From NCBI GenBank assembly GCA_947085505.1, contig CAMTWI010000003.1:7319-71318 (forward strand): 64,000 bases of DNA. The letters are read 5' to 3'. The position numbers were made by a program, and so were the translations under genes. This DNA comes from an uncultured bacterium. Lineage in GTDB: Bacteria; Patescibacteriota; Minisyncoccia; Phycocordibacterales; Phycocordibacteraceae. Shown piece by piece: positions 19,741 through 29,701 of the stretch. The first letter of the stretch is position 1, and every line of letters begins with the position of its first letter. The notes under the pieces are model-generated. The model was not told the origin of the DNA. It was given only the letters and a program-made list of their open reading frames with translations, and made no database searches.

Positions 19741-20079
19741 CTAGTGGCCGCGTCCCTTGGACGCGTGGACATCCGCCAGCGGGTCGGAATGCCGATGGCC
19801 AACGAACGTAATGGCGAGCATGCCGGCCAGGATTCCGAAACCGATGGCGAACGAAAATGCACTGCCAGACCAGCCGGTCGCCATAATACCGACAGCGACG
19901 GCGCCGATACCGATGACCCAGGCGAACCAGTCCGGCTTCCTGGCGATCAGGGCGGTAAAGAAGGCCAGAACTCCAGCCAACAGGTAGAAATGCAGGCTGC
20001 TGGGCATCAGGTTCAGGACCACGGCCCCACCGAAGACTGCGGCCAACGCAAGGCCAATGGCGACAAGAAATTTGGACAT
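19741..20079 (-). CDS. Four-TM small membrane protein, GC-rich codon usage
   Basis: Four hydrophobic helices, GGGAG SD. Confidence 0.6.
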   Translation of the reverse strand: MSKFLVAIGLALAAVFGGAVVLNLMPSSLHFYLLAGVLAFFTALIARKPDWFAWVIGIGAVAVGIMATGWSGSAFSFAIGFGILAGMLAITFVGHRHSDPLADVHASKGRGH

Positions 20080-20170
20080 GCTATTCACTCCCAGGACGCG
20101 CGTACCTAGTTAATCCAGATACTCTTTCGCGTCTCCTCCCTGGTTATACGCCCGCTGTACTAAAATGCAA

Positions 20171-21925
20171 CTATTCTGAAACCGCTCTCAACACCTCCTC
20201 AACCGAGGTAATTCCACGCGTGGACTTGTAGAGGCCGTCTTCGAGCATTGTTAGCATGCCTTCTTTGCGCGCCTGAGCCTCAATAGCGTCTGGTGCTGCG
20301 TTGTGGAGAATGAGCTCACGAAGTGCAGATGAAAGCATCAAGACCTCATGAATACCGATACGACCTGAGTATCCATCCTCGCACTGTGGAGACGGGACCG
20401 GCCTATAGAATGGAACAGCATCCATTGTTGTTCCCTCCTTCACGAGCTTCTCTTCAATAAGCGCCTTGAGTACATTGTCGAACTTGTCCGCACTCGCGAC
20501 CTTCTCACGTTCGACCGCATCAAGCGCATACTGTTCTTTTCCGTCGCAGAGTCTACGCACAAGACGCTGACCCATAACCATGCGCAGCGTTGAAACCAAG
20601 AGGAATGGTTCCACGCCCATATCCATGAGACGCGGGATGGCACCGGCCGCAGAGTTCGTGTGAATGGTTGAGAGTACGAGGTGTCCGGTGAGTGCGGCGT
20701 TAATCGCTAGGGACGCCGTCTCAGCGTCACGAATCTCTCCCACCATGATGATGTTCGGGTCCTGACGAAGGAGTGCACGGAGTCCATTGGCGAACGTAAA
20801 GCCTATGGCTGGGTTCACCTGTGTCTGATTCACACGCTTCATCTGGTACTCGATCGGATCCTCAACAGTTGAGATATTAACGTCCGGCGTATTCAAAATA
20901 TCGAGGATGGTATAGAGCGTTGTGGTCTTTCCAGAGCCAGTTGGTCCGGAAATCAAAATGATGCCCGTTGTCTGTTTCATAGACTGGTGCACCCGCTCAA
21001 GCCCTGAGCCATGGAACCCGAGCACATCAAGCGTAAATCCTTCGCCGGTCTCCCTAAGGAGACGCATAACAATCTTTTCGCCAAAGTACGTCGGCAGAAG
21101 AGACACACGGAACGACACCTTGTCTGCTTCAGTCTCCATCTTGAAGCGGCCGTCCTGCGGCAAGCGCTTCTCGTCGAGCTTCAGGTTTGCAAGCACTTTA
21201 ATGCGGGCGGTAATGCCGGACGCTGCGGTGCGTGGAAGCGTCATCGCGTCATGCAACACGCCGTCAATGCGGTAGCGGACGAGCACTTCCTGTTCCATTG
21301 GCTCAATATGGATATCTGATGCCTTCTGGATAATTGCGTGGCGTAAGAGCGTATCAACGATGCGTACAATTGGTAGGTCCTCGGCCATCTTCTTCAGATC
21401 CTCGCCAGACGCATCATCTCCTAGCTGCCCGTCCTTTATAAGGTTGATGCGGCCGGCTTCGGTTGTGATGAGGTCGCCGAACTCTTCCTTAAGAGACTTC
21501 TGGTACTGCAGGAGCACGTTCTTGAGTGACTCGTCGTCGGTGAGGCGTGGAAGAATCTTGAGACCTGTTGTCTTACGCACCGAGTCGATAGCCGGAAGGT
21601 CCTCAGTATCAAGCATCGCTACTTCGAGCGAGCTCCCATCCTTCTTGAACGCAACGATGGAGTGCGTGCGTGCGATTGGTTCTGGGATTAACGAGAGGAC
21701 GTTCAAGTCGATCTTCTTGTCCTTCAGATTAACGAAGGGAATTCCAAGGACGTATGCTTTTATGCGGCGAAGACTGTCGGTTGAGAGAAGTCCCTGTGCA
21801 ATCAAGATGTCGCCGATAGACTGCTTCTTTCGCTTCGCTTCCTCATCTGCAGCCTCAACATCCTTCCGGGACACGAGTCCGGAGTCGAGAATGAATTCCT
21901 TAAGTTCGCTTTCAGAGACCTGCAT
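20171..21925 (-). CDS. pilB: Type IV pilus assembly ATPase (GspE/PilB)
   Basis: ASDIHIEP, GPTGSGKTTT, EDPIE, LRQDP, TGHLVLSTIH. Confidence 0.93.
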   Translation of the reverse strand: MQVSESELKEFILDSGLVSRKDVEAADEEAKRKKQSIGDILIAQGLLSTDSLRRIKAYVLGIPFVNLKDKKIDLNVLSLIPEPIARTHSIVAFKKDGSSLEVAMLDTEDLPAIDSVRKTTGLKILPRLTDDESLKNVLLQYQKSLKEEFGDLITTEAGRINLIKDGQLGDDASGEDLKKMAEDLPIVRIVDTLLRHAIIQKASDIHIEPMEQEVLVRYRIDGVLHDAMTLPRTAASGITARIKVLANLKLDEKRLPQDGRFKMETEADKVSFRVSLLPTYFGEKIVMRLLRETGEGFTLDVLGFHGSGLERVHQSMKQTTGIILISGPTGSGKTTTLYTILDILNTPDVNISTVEDPIEYQMKRVNQTQVNPAIGFTFANGLRALLRQDPNIIMVGEIRDAETASLAINAALTGHLVLSTIHTNSAAGAIPRLMDMGVEPFLLVSTLRMVMGQRLVRRLCDGKEQYALDAVEREKVASADKFDNVLKALIEEKLVKEGTTMDAVPFYRPVPSPQCEDGYSGRIGIHEVLMLSSALRELILHNAAPDAIEAQARKEGMLTMLEDGLYKSTRGITSVEEVLRAVSE

Positions 21926-22047
21926 GCCGTTTGTATATAAAGTATAGCGCGCTCTCGTGTGTTTCTCGCGTACCTATATATGGAGAGAGCGTGGAAAAGA
22001 AAAAAGCCGCGCAACGGGTGTCGCGCGGCTTTTTGAAACTGTTCTGC

Positions 22048-22689
22048 TCAGGCCGCGATGGCCGTTGCGGACGCCAAGAGCAGATGGCTGAGCAGCTCCT
22101 TCAGCGAGTGTCGATACGATTCAGTCTTTCGGTTCATAATCGCGTGGTACCGACAGCGATCGAAGTGAATGCTCATGATGCATTCTCCAATTACCTTGGC
22201 TTCAAGCGCGTTCCCGCAGCGGGACTCCTTGAACATCGTCTCGATGGCTCTCCAGAGACGCTCTCGCCGATGGCCCGTGAGCTCGCGGGCTCTGCGATTC
22301 TTCATGTTTGACGCATCTGTCTCGAGGACGGCGAGCGCCTCGAGCAGGTGTAGCCGCTCGTTGAAGAATATGAAGTCGGCCGTACAGATTCTGACGATGC
22401 GATCCAGGACTGCACCTTCTTCTTCCGCATCCTGTTTGAGAAGCAGGCCATGTTCCTCGAACTCCTCTTGCACGATAACAAGCAAGAGATCTTTCTTGTC
22501 CTCGAAATTCGCAAACACGGCGCCGGTCGACATACCAGCCTTCTTCGCGATATCACGAATGGTGGCTTTCTCGTAGCCACCCTTCATGAAGAGCGTCCGG
22601 CCGGCGTCGAGCACCTTTTGGCGAGTCTGCAGCTTGGACTGCTGGCGCCTGTTGAGAGGCTTCGAGCCGGACTGATTTTGGTCACGCAT
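22048..22689 (-). CDS. TetR/AcrR family regulator
   Basis: GYEKATIRDIAKKAGMSTGAVFANFEDKKDL HTH. Confidence 0.9.
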   Translation of the reverse strand: MRDQNQSGSKPLNRRQQSKLQTRQKVLDAGRTLFMKGGYEKATIRDIAKKAGMSTGAVFANFEDKKDLLLVIVQEEFEEHGLLLKQDAEEEGAVLDRIVRICTADFIFFNERLHLLEALAVLETDASNMKNRRARELTGHRRERLWRAIETMFKESRCGNALEAKVIGECIMSIHFDRCRYHAIMNRKTESYRHSLKELLSHLLLASATAIAA

Positions 22690-22908
22690 TACTTACTCTC
22701 CCTGCTAAGGCGCCTTAGCGCCGTTCATTCCGGTGTTAATAAACCACGAATACACTACCGAGTCAACGAATCCAGCGTTGACTGTATACCTATATATGGT
22801 ATCTTCTCCCTATCTGGAATGTCCGCACTGCGGGCATTTATTTTTAGGAATCCAGAGATACGTGCGAAAATAGAATAATAGAAGTGCGAACAACTAAATA
22901 CAGGACCT

Positions 22909-24303
22909 ATGTTGGATCTCAAGACAATCAATTCAGTGCTCGGAGAGTTCGAGGAGCGCGGTATCACTAAGGAAACCATGGTGGACGCTATCGAACAGGC
23001 CATGGCAACTGCCTATAAAAAGGAATACGGGAAGCGCGGCCAGGTGGTACGCGGCATGCTTGATATGGATTCAGGCACCGTTACCTTCGAGCAGGTAAAG
23101 ACTATCGTGGACGACACGATGGTGCGTTTCCCTGAGGAAGGTGAGGAGGAACACGATCTTCCTGCACATCACCCGCACTTCGACCGCGAGGAGGAGGTTG
23201 CTGAAGGCGAACTCCCCCGCTACGATGCGGAGAAGCACATCCTTCTTGAGGATGCGAAGCGTATTAAGCGCACCGCGGAACTCGGCGAGGAGATCATCTT
23301 CCCGCTCGAACCACAGGACGACTTCGGTCGCATCGCAGCACAGACTGCGAAGCAAGTTGTTATTCAGAAGATCCGCGAGGCCGAGAAGCTTTCTATCCTC
23401 GACGAGTTCGGCCACAAGAAGGGCGAGATTGTCACGGGTGTTGTACAGCGCGCAGAACGCGGTGCAATCTTCGTCGACCTTGGACGCGCAACCGGTATCA
23501 TCCCGTACGAGGAGCAGATCCCAGGAGAGCGCTACCGCCCAGGAGAGCGCATTAGCGCCTACCTCTACGCTGTAGACGAGGGATTCCGTGGCGTATATCT
23601 CCGCCTCTCTCGCAGCCACCCGCGCTTCCTCACCCGTCTCTTTGAGATGGAGGTGCCAGAGCTCGCAGCAGGCGCTATTGAGATTAAGGGTCTCGCTCGC
23701 GAGCCAGGTAGCCGCACGAAGATTGCGATTGCATCGAACGATCCGCACGTTGACCCTGTTGGTTCACTCGTTGGCCAGCGTGGCGTACGCGTCTCAACCG
23801 TTATGGCAGCCCTTGGCGGCGAGCGCATCGATATCATTGAGTGGTCTGAGGACCAGGCAGCCTACATCAAGGAGTCCCTCTCCCCTGCAACCATCCTTGA
23901 GGTTGAACTCGATGAGGAAGGACATCGTGCAAGCGTCACGGTTACCGAGGACCAGCAGTCTTTGGCTATTGGCCGCGGCGGCCAAAACGTTCGTCTTGCT
24001 GCAAAGCTCACCGGCTGGAACATCGACATCATGGCAGTTGGCGGCGCAAGCGTTGCTGAAGGCGAAGCAGCAGTTGAAGCTTCTGAAGGTGCATCCGACG
24101 AATCGGTTGCCGCACTCGAGAACCAAGAGGATATGAACCCTGCAGTTGCCGCAGGTATCGACCCGACCGTAACTGAGTCCGTTATCACGGAAGAGGTTCC
24201 AGCAGACAACACACTCACCGTTGGCGAAGAGACCGCACTCTCAGACGACGGCACTCCAGCAAATCCTGACGATCGCGACAGCCAGGACAAGGACCAGGCC
24301 TAA
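22909..24303 (+). CDS. nusA: Transcription factor NusA with acidic C-terminal tail
   Basis: FGRIAAQTAKQ, S1, AREPGSRTK, KH GQRG, AIGRGGQNVRLA. Confidence 0.96.
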   Translation: MLDLKTINSVLGEFEERGITKETMVDAIEQAMATAYKKEYGKRGQVVRGMLDMDSGTVTFEQVKTIVDDTMVRFPEEGEEEHDLPAHHPHFDREEEVAEGELPRYDAEKHILLEDAKRIKRTAELGEEIIFPLEPQDDFGRIAAQTAKQVVIQKIREAEKLSILDEFGHKKGEIVTGVVQRAERGAIFVDLGRATGIIPYEEQIPGERYRPGERISAYLYAVDEGFRGVYLRLSRSHPRFLTRLFEMEVPELAAGAIEIKGLAREPGSRTKIAIASNDPHVDPVGSLVGQRGVRVSTVMAALGGERIDIIEWSEDQAAYIKESLSPATILEVELDEEGHRASVTVTEDQQSLAIGRGGQNVRLAAKLTGWNIDIMAVGGASVAEGEAAVEASEGASDESVAALENQEDMNPAVAAGIDPTVTESVITEEVPADNTLTVGEETALSDDGTPANPDDRDSQDKDQA

Positions 24304-24315
24304 TCTTCTATCTCT

Positions 24316-24834
24316 ATGAACCTTCTTCACGACATCAACCCGGGCTCCCGTGACGAGATGAGTGTGATTATCGAGATTCCTCGTGGATCACAAAACAAGT
24401 ACGAGATCGACAAGAAGACCGGCATGATTGCACTTGATCGTGTGCTTCACACCGCACAGGCGTACCCATTCGACTACGGCTTCGTACCGCAGACCCTCTG
24501 GGACGATGGCGACGCACTCGATGTGGTGCTGCTTACGACCTATCCACTTCTTCCCGGCATTCTCGTACGCGCGCGTCCGGTCGCTATCCTTCCGATGGTT
24601 GATGGCGGCGAGGCTGACGAGAAAGTCATCGCGGTACCTGCAGACGATCCTCGTTTCGCAGATATTCAGGACCTAAGTGATCTCAACAAGCACACGCTTA
24701 AGGAGATTGCCCACTTCTTTGAAACCTACAAGAAACTCCAGAACAAAGAAGTCTCACTTGGGGCGTTCAAGGACAAGGCTGCCGCACAGGATGCATTCGA
24801 TCGTGCGGTAGCGATGTACCTGGAAAAGAAATAG
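24316..24834 (+). CDS. ppa: Inorganic pyrophosphatase, family I
   Basis: KYE, YGF, DDGDALD, DEK, FFETYK. Confidence 0.95.
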   Translation: MNLLHDINPGSRDEMSVIIEIPRGSQNKYEIDKKTGMIALDRVLHTAQAYPFDYGFVPQTLWDDGDALDVVLLTTYPLLPGILVRARPVAILPMVDGGEADEKVIAVPADDPRFADIQDLSDLNKHTLKEIAHFFETYKKLQNKEVSLGAFKDKAAAQDAFDRAVAMYLEKK

Positions 24835-24955
24835 ACACAGTACGTGCCTAAGAAAACCCGGATCTCTACTGAGATTCGGGTTTTCTCGTATCCCCACCAC
24901 ATAGGCCCCCGGCCCAAATGTCCTCTATACTTAGGAAATAGCTAATCAATCATTT

Positions 24956-25249
24956 ATGGAACAAGTACCAGATCAGAACATGAACCAGGATAACGTTACC
25001 CCTCCACCAGCGGCAGCGCCCATGGCAGACGAGCCGTCAAAGCCTGCTGCATACGGCTCAATCCTCGGCATTGTTCTCATTATGGCGATTCTCGTCGTTG
25101 GTGCGTTCTACGTATGGAACGAGCGTCTTGAGACAAACGAGATGCCAGAGAATGGCGTTCGCGGAGAAGTCCTTCCAGACGGCTCTATGCCAACCGTTGA
25201 GGGTGCCGCAGACGTTGAGGAAGGAGAGAACGGTCCGGTTCCTCAGTAG
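24956..25249 (+). CDS. Single-TM acidic hypothetical protein
   Basis: One hydrophobic helix, followed by a terminator. Confidence 0.7.
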   Translation: MEQVPDQNMNQDNVTPPPAAAPMADEPSKPAAYGSILGIVLIMAILVVGAFYVWNERLETNEMPENGVRGEVLPDGSMPTVEGAADVEEGENGPVPQ

Positions 25250-25391
25250 TTGAATAAGCAAAGGTAACGAAAAGTCCCACACGTGGTGGGGCTTTTCGTT
25301 ATGCAGTAGAACATCTGCTCCTGTATGTGTTAACGGTATACTAGACCCAGCATCACGATGCCCGTGACTGCATTAAGCATTTAAACTACCT

Positions 25392-26207
25392 ATGAGAATA
25401 TCTATTGTAGCTCTGCTCTTCCTTGGCCTTATTGTTACGGCCGGAAGCGCACACGCGCAGGATGCAGTTCGAGAAATAAACACTGAACCATCCGTAGACA
25501 CAGCGACGAGGGTGCAGCAAGAAAATCCAGTCCCCAGAGAACGATTCAGGGGTGCACAGGATCAGTTTCTCCAGCATCAAAATCAAGTAAAGGATCGCGT
25601 GTCGGAGTTTAAAGGCACTGTCCCAACACGGGTAGAGGATATGAGAGCCGGGCTTATGGAGCGCCGCGAGGCTATGAAGGATATGGCTTCCGAACGTCGT
25701 GCGCTACAGAGCATGGGGCCTGAGGAGCGAAAGGAAGCGGTACAGACACACATCGAGGACCGCAAAGCACTCCTTATGGAGAAGCGGGCAGCATTTGCCT
25801 CAAGTACCGAAGAGCGCCGCGAGAAATTCTCTGCGAAGCATGGAGAGCGAGCAATTGCCAGCTTCAATCACGCAGTAAAGCTCTTGAACGCCATGACCCT
25901 ACGGCTTTCAGGCATCGCAGACAGAATTGACGCACGTATAGATGTACTTGCCGCGAGCGGTGTCGATGTCGCCGGCGCAGAAGAGGCGCTTGTGTCAGCA
26001 CGCACAGAGATTGACGAGGCGGAGGCTGCTATTACTACGCTTTCTGAAGCAATAGCTGACGCGCTTGCGAGCGAGGCGCCACGTGAGTCTTTCCAGGCAA
26101 CACGTGCTCTTGCCCAGAGTGCAAAAGCTGCAATTCGTTCTGCACATGAAGCATTGAGGGGCGCTGCCCAAGCACTACCAAGACCGAGTGCAGAAGCAGG
26201 AATCTAA
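25392..26207 (+). CDS. Secreted coiled-coil hypothetical protein
   Basis: Signal peptide, E/R/A-rich helices. Confidence 0.75.
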   Translation: MRISIVALLFLGLIVTAGSAHAQDAVREINTEPSVDTATRVQQENPVPRERFRGAQDQFLQHQNQVKDRVSEFKGTVPTRVEDMRAGLMERREAMKDMASERRALQSMGPEERKEAVQTHIEDRKALLMEKRAAFASSTEERREKFSAKHGERAIASFNHAVKLLNAMTLRLSGIADRIDARIDVLAASGVDVAGAEEALVSARTEIDEAEAAITTLSEAIADALASEAPRESFQATRALAQSAKAAIRSAHEALRGAAQALPRPSAEAGI

Positions 26208-26219
26208 CCGAACACACGT

Positions 26220-26516
26220 ATGGAACAATCACCAGAATCCCCTGTTGTTAAGGTATTAGAGCCACAGAAGACCTCGTGGGTCGCGCTTGGCGGTCTTATT
26301 GTTGTGCTTCTTGTAGTTGCTGGAGGTGCGTACTACCTCTCTAGCACCATGCCTTCAACCGAAAGTATTGAAGCTCAGGTAGAGGCACTTGAGACACAGA
26401 GCGACTCAACAGAACCCGAGGCAATCGAAGCAGACCTCGCAGCACAAAGCCCAGAAAAATTTGAAGAGGACTTTGATGCCGCGTTTGCGGAGCTCGATGC
26501 CTCGCTTGCAGAGTAA
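26220..26516 (+). CDS. Single-TM acidic hypothetical protein
   Basis: TM followed by SDSTEPEAIEADL acidic helix. Confidence 0.7.
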   Translation: MEQSPESPVVKVLEPQKTSWVALGGLIVVLLVVAGGAYYLSSTMPSTESIEAQVEALETQSDSTEPEAIEADLAAQSPEKFEEDFDAAFAELDASLAE

Positions 26517-26595
26517 GGATCAAAAACAGTAGAAAGCGCCCCGCAATATGGGGCGCTTTCTCTTATGTCCTGAGCTTTGGTACTATGACTCTACT

Positions 26596-27204
26596 ATGGA
26601 ACACCGAACTACAAATCCCCGTGCAATGCTTGTGCCAATGGTCGTGGAGAAGACGCAATTCGGTGAGCGTGGCTATGATATCTATTCCCGTCTCCTTAAG
26701 GACCGCATCGTGTTTTTGGGTGGCGGCATTGACGACGACATGGCGAACCTTATCATCGCCCAGCTACTCTTCCTCGAGTCTGAGGACCCGAAGAAGGATA
26801 TCTCGCTCTACGTGAACTCTCCGGGTGGCTCGGTTACTGCAGGTCTCGCTATCCTCGACACCATGAACCACGTGAAGCCAGACGTCTCCACCGTCTGCGT
26901 GGGTATGGCCGCTTCGGCTGCTGCCGTTATTCTCGCTGCGGGCGCCAAGGGCAAGCGCTATGCCCTCCCGAACGCTGAGGTTATGATCCACCAGCCATGG
27001 GGCGGCGCACAAGGACAGGCAACAGATATTGAAATTACCGCGAAGCACATCCTCCTTACGCGCGATCGATTGAACAAGATCCTTGCAAAATCAACCGGGC
27101 AGCCGCTCACGAAGATTGAGAAGGACGTTGATCGCGATTACTTCATGATGGCAGAGGAAGCGAAAAAGTACGGGCTCGTAGACCACGTCTACAAGAGCAA
27201 GTAG
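26596..27204 (+). CDS. clpP: ATP-dependent Clp protease proteolytic subunit
   Basis: [25 protein letters not shown]. Confidence 0.96.
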   Translation: MEHRTTNPRAMLVPMVVEKTQFGERGYDIYSRLLKDRIVFLGGGIDDDMANLIIAQLLFLESEDPKKDISLYVNSPGGSVTAGLAILDTMNHVKPDVSTVCVGMAASAAAVILAAGAKGKRYALPNAEVMIHQPWGGAQGQATDIEITAKHILLTRDRLNKILAKSTGQPLTKIEKDVDRDYFMMAEEAKKYGLVDHVYKSK

Positions 27205-27283
27205 TCTTCGGAATCTTTGCGGGACGGCCGCCCTCGAGGGCGGCCGTTTCATTTGCGAAACTCGTAAAAAGTGTTATTTTATA

Positions 27284-27377
27284 AGGGTTCTAGGGAATTC
27301 TTATACGCAGAAACGGCTGAAATGCTGCATTCCCGAACCTAATTTGCTTGCAAACCTCTTCGTGTACGCACGAAGAG
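27284..27377 (+). ncRNA. Candidate structured RNA (leader) upstream of rny
   Basis: GGTTC/GAACC, GGGAAT/ATTCCC and GCAG/CTGC nested stems plus CTCTTCGTG/CACGAAGAG hairpin. Confidence 0.45.
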
Positions 27378-27391
27378 TCCCATCAACCGGT

Positions 27392-28921
27392 ATGTCCATA
27401 AAGATAGTCTTGAGTCTTCTTGCCCTTTCAGGTCTCGCCGGTATTGTGCTCGGATATGTATTGCGTCTTTTAATTGCACTTGGCCAGCGTGGCTCGTTGG
27501 AGCTCGAAGTAAAGCAGAAGATGCTTGAAGCCAAGGAGCGCGCGAACCGCGTGCTTGAAGACGCTGAAGATAGAGCTAAGAGGCTCGAGGATGAGCGTAT
27601 GCATCCACTCAAGGAACGTGAGGAGAAACTCGCGAAAGCCGCGGACCGTATTAGTAAGCGTGAAGAGTTCCTCGACGAGCGTGAACGGGTGCTTGCAGCG
27701 GAAGCGGAAGATGTAAAGAATCGTGAGAACGAGGCGGCAAATCTAAAGCGCGAAGGAGAGCGTTTGCGTGATGAGCGTCGACAGGAACTTGCACGTGTCT
27801 CACATCTCTCAGAGAAGGATGCGAAGGCGATGCTTCTTAAAGATCTTGAGGACAGCCACGAGGAGAGTGTACTTGCACGTCTTCAGAAGCTCGAGGCACA
27901 CGGCCGCGAGCAACTTGAAAACAAGGCCCGTTCCATACTTCTCTCTGTTATTCACCGCATGGGTGCGGCTGTGAACAGTGAGGTTATGACCTTGTCCGTG
28001 CAAATCCCTTCTGAGGAAGTTAAGGGTAAGATTATCGGCAAGGAAGGTCGCAACATTAAGGCGTTCGAACGTGCGACCGGTGTCGACGTTATCATCGACG
28101 ACGCTCCGGACAAGATTACGCTCTCCTCATTCGACCCACTGCGTCGTCACACTGCCAAGCTCGCGCTCGAGAACCTCATTGCAGACGGCCGTATCCAACC
28201 CGCCAAGATCGAAGAGGCTGTTGAGAAAGCCAAGGCCGAGATTGCGGAAATGGTGAAGCAGAAAGGAGAAGAAGCAGCGTATGAAGTCGGTGTTATCGGC
28301 CTCGATCCGCGTCTGGTAGCACTCCTCGGCCGCCTCAACTTCCGTACCAGTTATGGACAGAATGTGCTCCAGCACTCAATTGAGATGTCGCACATCGCTG
28401 GCATGCTCGCAGCTGAGCTTGGCGCTGACGTAGACGTCGCAAAGACGGGTGCCCTACTCCATGACATCGGGAAAGCTGTGGATCACGAGCTTGAAGGTAC
28501 GCATGTCGAGATCGGACGTCGTATTCTCGAGAAGTTTGGCGTTGATAAGGCGGTTATTCAGGCGATGCAGTCGCATCACGAGGAGTATCCGTACGAAACA
28601 ACGGAGTCTATGATTGTGCAGGTTGCAGACGCAATCTCTGCAGGCAGGCCTGGAGCACGTCGCGACACCGTGGAGCGATATCTTGAGCGTTTAGGCGACC
28701 TAGAGCGCATTGCACGAGGGTACGAGGGCGTTGAAAAGGTATATGCTATCTCCGCCGGACGTGAGATTCGTATCTTCGTGAACCCTGGAAAAGTTTCGGA
28801 CCTCGCCATGCATCGCATGGCACGCGATATTGCAGAGCGCGTGCAGCAGGAGCTGAAATACCCGGGAGAAATTAAGGTGAATGTGATTCGAGAGAATCGC
28901 GTCGTTGAATTTGCACGCTAA
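27392..28921 (+). CDS. rny: Ribonuclease Y
   Basis: N-terminal TM, coiled coil, KH (IIGKEGRNI), HD (LLHDIGK). Confidence 0.96.
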   Translation: MSIKIVLSLLALSGLAGIVLGYVLRLLIALGQRGSLELEVKQKMLEAKERANRVLEDAEDRAKRLEDERMHPLKEREEKLAKAADRISKREEFLDERERVLAAEAEDVKNRENEAANLKREGERLRDERRQELARVSHLSEKDAKAMLLKDLEDSHEESVLARLQKLEAHGREQLENKARSILLSVIHRMGAAVNSEVMTLSVQIPSEEVKGKIIGKEGRNIKAFERATGVDVIIDDAPDKITLSSFDPLRRHTAKLALENLIADGRIQPAKIEEAVEKAKAEIAEMVKQKGEEAAYEVGVIGLDPRLVALLGRLNFRTSYGQNVLQHSIEMSHIAGMLAAELGADVDVAKTGALLHDIGKAVDHELEGTHVEIGRRILEKFGVDKAVIQAMQSHHEEYPYETTESMIVQVADAISAGRPGARRDTVERYLERLGDLERIARGYEGVEKVYAISAGREIRIFVNPGKVSDLAMHRMARDIAERVQQELKYPGEIKVNVIRENRVVEFAR

Positions 28922-29088
28922 CTCTCATCTGAAAATCCCATTATCTCACTCGAGATAATGGGATTTCACCTTATCCCCTTATAAAATCAAGCCCTATTGC
29001 GTTAAGTGGCTCATTTCCTATACTTCTCAGGTAGCCCTCCCGTAGGGCTTTACCAAAGCCCTACCAGGGAATAACCCTAATTACGATC

Positions 29089-29361
29089 ATGAACAAAGCA
29101 GACATCGCAGCAAAGGTGCAGGAGGTACTCGGCGGCACGAAGGCTGATGCAGAGCGCGCAGTTGAATGTGTTATCTCGAGCATCACTGACGGCCTCAAGG
29201 GAGGCGACGAGGTTTCTATCGCTGGCCTCGGTATCTTCAGCGCGAAGGCTCGCCCAGCACGCACCGGCCGCAATCCACGCACTGGCGAGACCATCAAGAT
29301 CGCAGCTACTCGCACTCCTAAGTTCCGCGCTGCTAAGGCGCTCAAGGACGCGGTTAAGTAG
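29089..29361 (+). CDS. hup: DNA-binding protein HU
   Basis: MNKADI..GRNPRTGE..KALKDAV. Confidence 0.96.
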   Translation: MNKADIAAKVQEVLGGTKADAERAVECVISSITDGLKGGDEVSIAGLGIFSAKARPARTGRNPRTGETIKIAATRTPKFRAAKALKDAVK

Positions 29362-29580
29362 TTAGATTGTTTGTTACGAAAAGCCCCGCAAAAGCGGGGC
29401 TTTTCTTTAATCCTATACTCAGGGCTCTTGCGAGTGTGACTCTGTAGGGAAAGACTCTTCACCACCATATATAAATATCCACTGAGCGCTCTTTAAAGGG
29501 CCTCTAGCGGGTCATACAGACTCATCAATAGATGTGGCAAGGAGGAAGCAAGAAAGAGCGCCTTGAGCGCTCTTTCTTCT

Positions 29581-29654
29581 TGGTGCGGGATAGGAGAATC
29601 GGACTCCTGCTCTCAGTTTGGAAAACTGATGTTCTACCATTAAACTAATCCCGC
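29581..29654 (-). tRNA. tRNA-Gly(TCC), CCA encoded
   Basis: Cloverleaf GCGGGAT..TCAGT-TTTCCAA-ACTGA..ATCCCGCACCA. Confidence 0.93.
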
Positions 29655-29701
29655 TTCGGCTCGAGAATACCATATTCTCTTGCCCTCTGTCTTCATCCTA
29701 G

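Noticed and set aside
22761-22783. AGTCAACG-N7-CGTTGACT inverted repeat as an operator
   Set aside because: Explained by back-to-back TTGACT -35 boxes of the divergent tetR and nusA promoters
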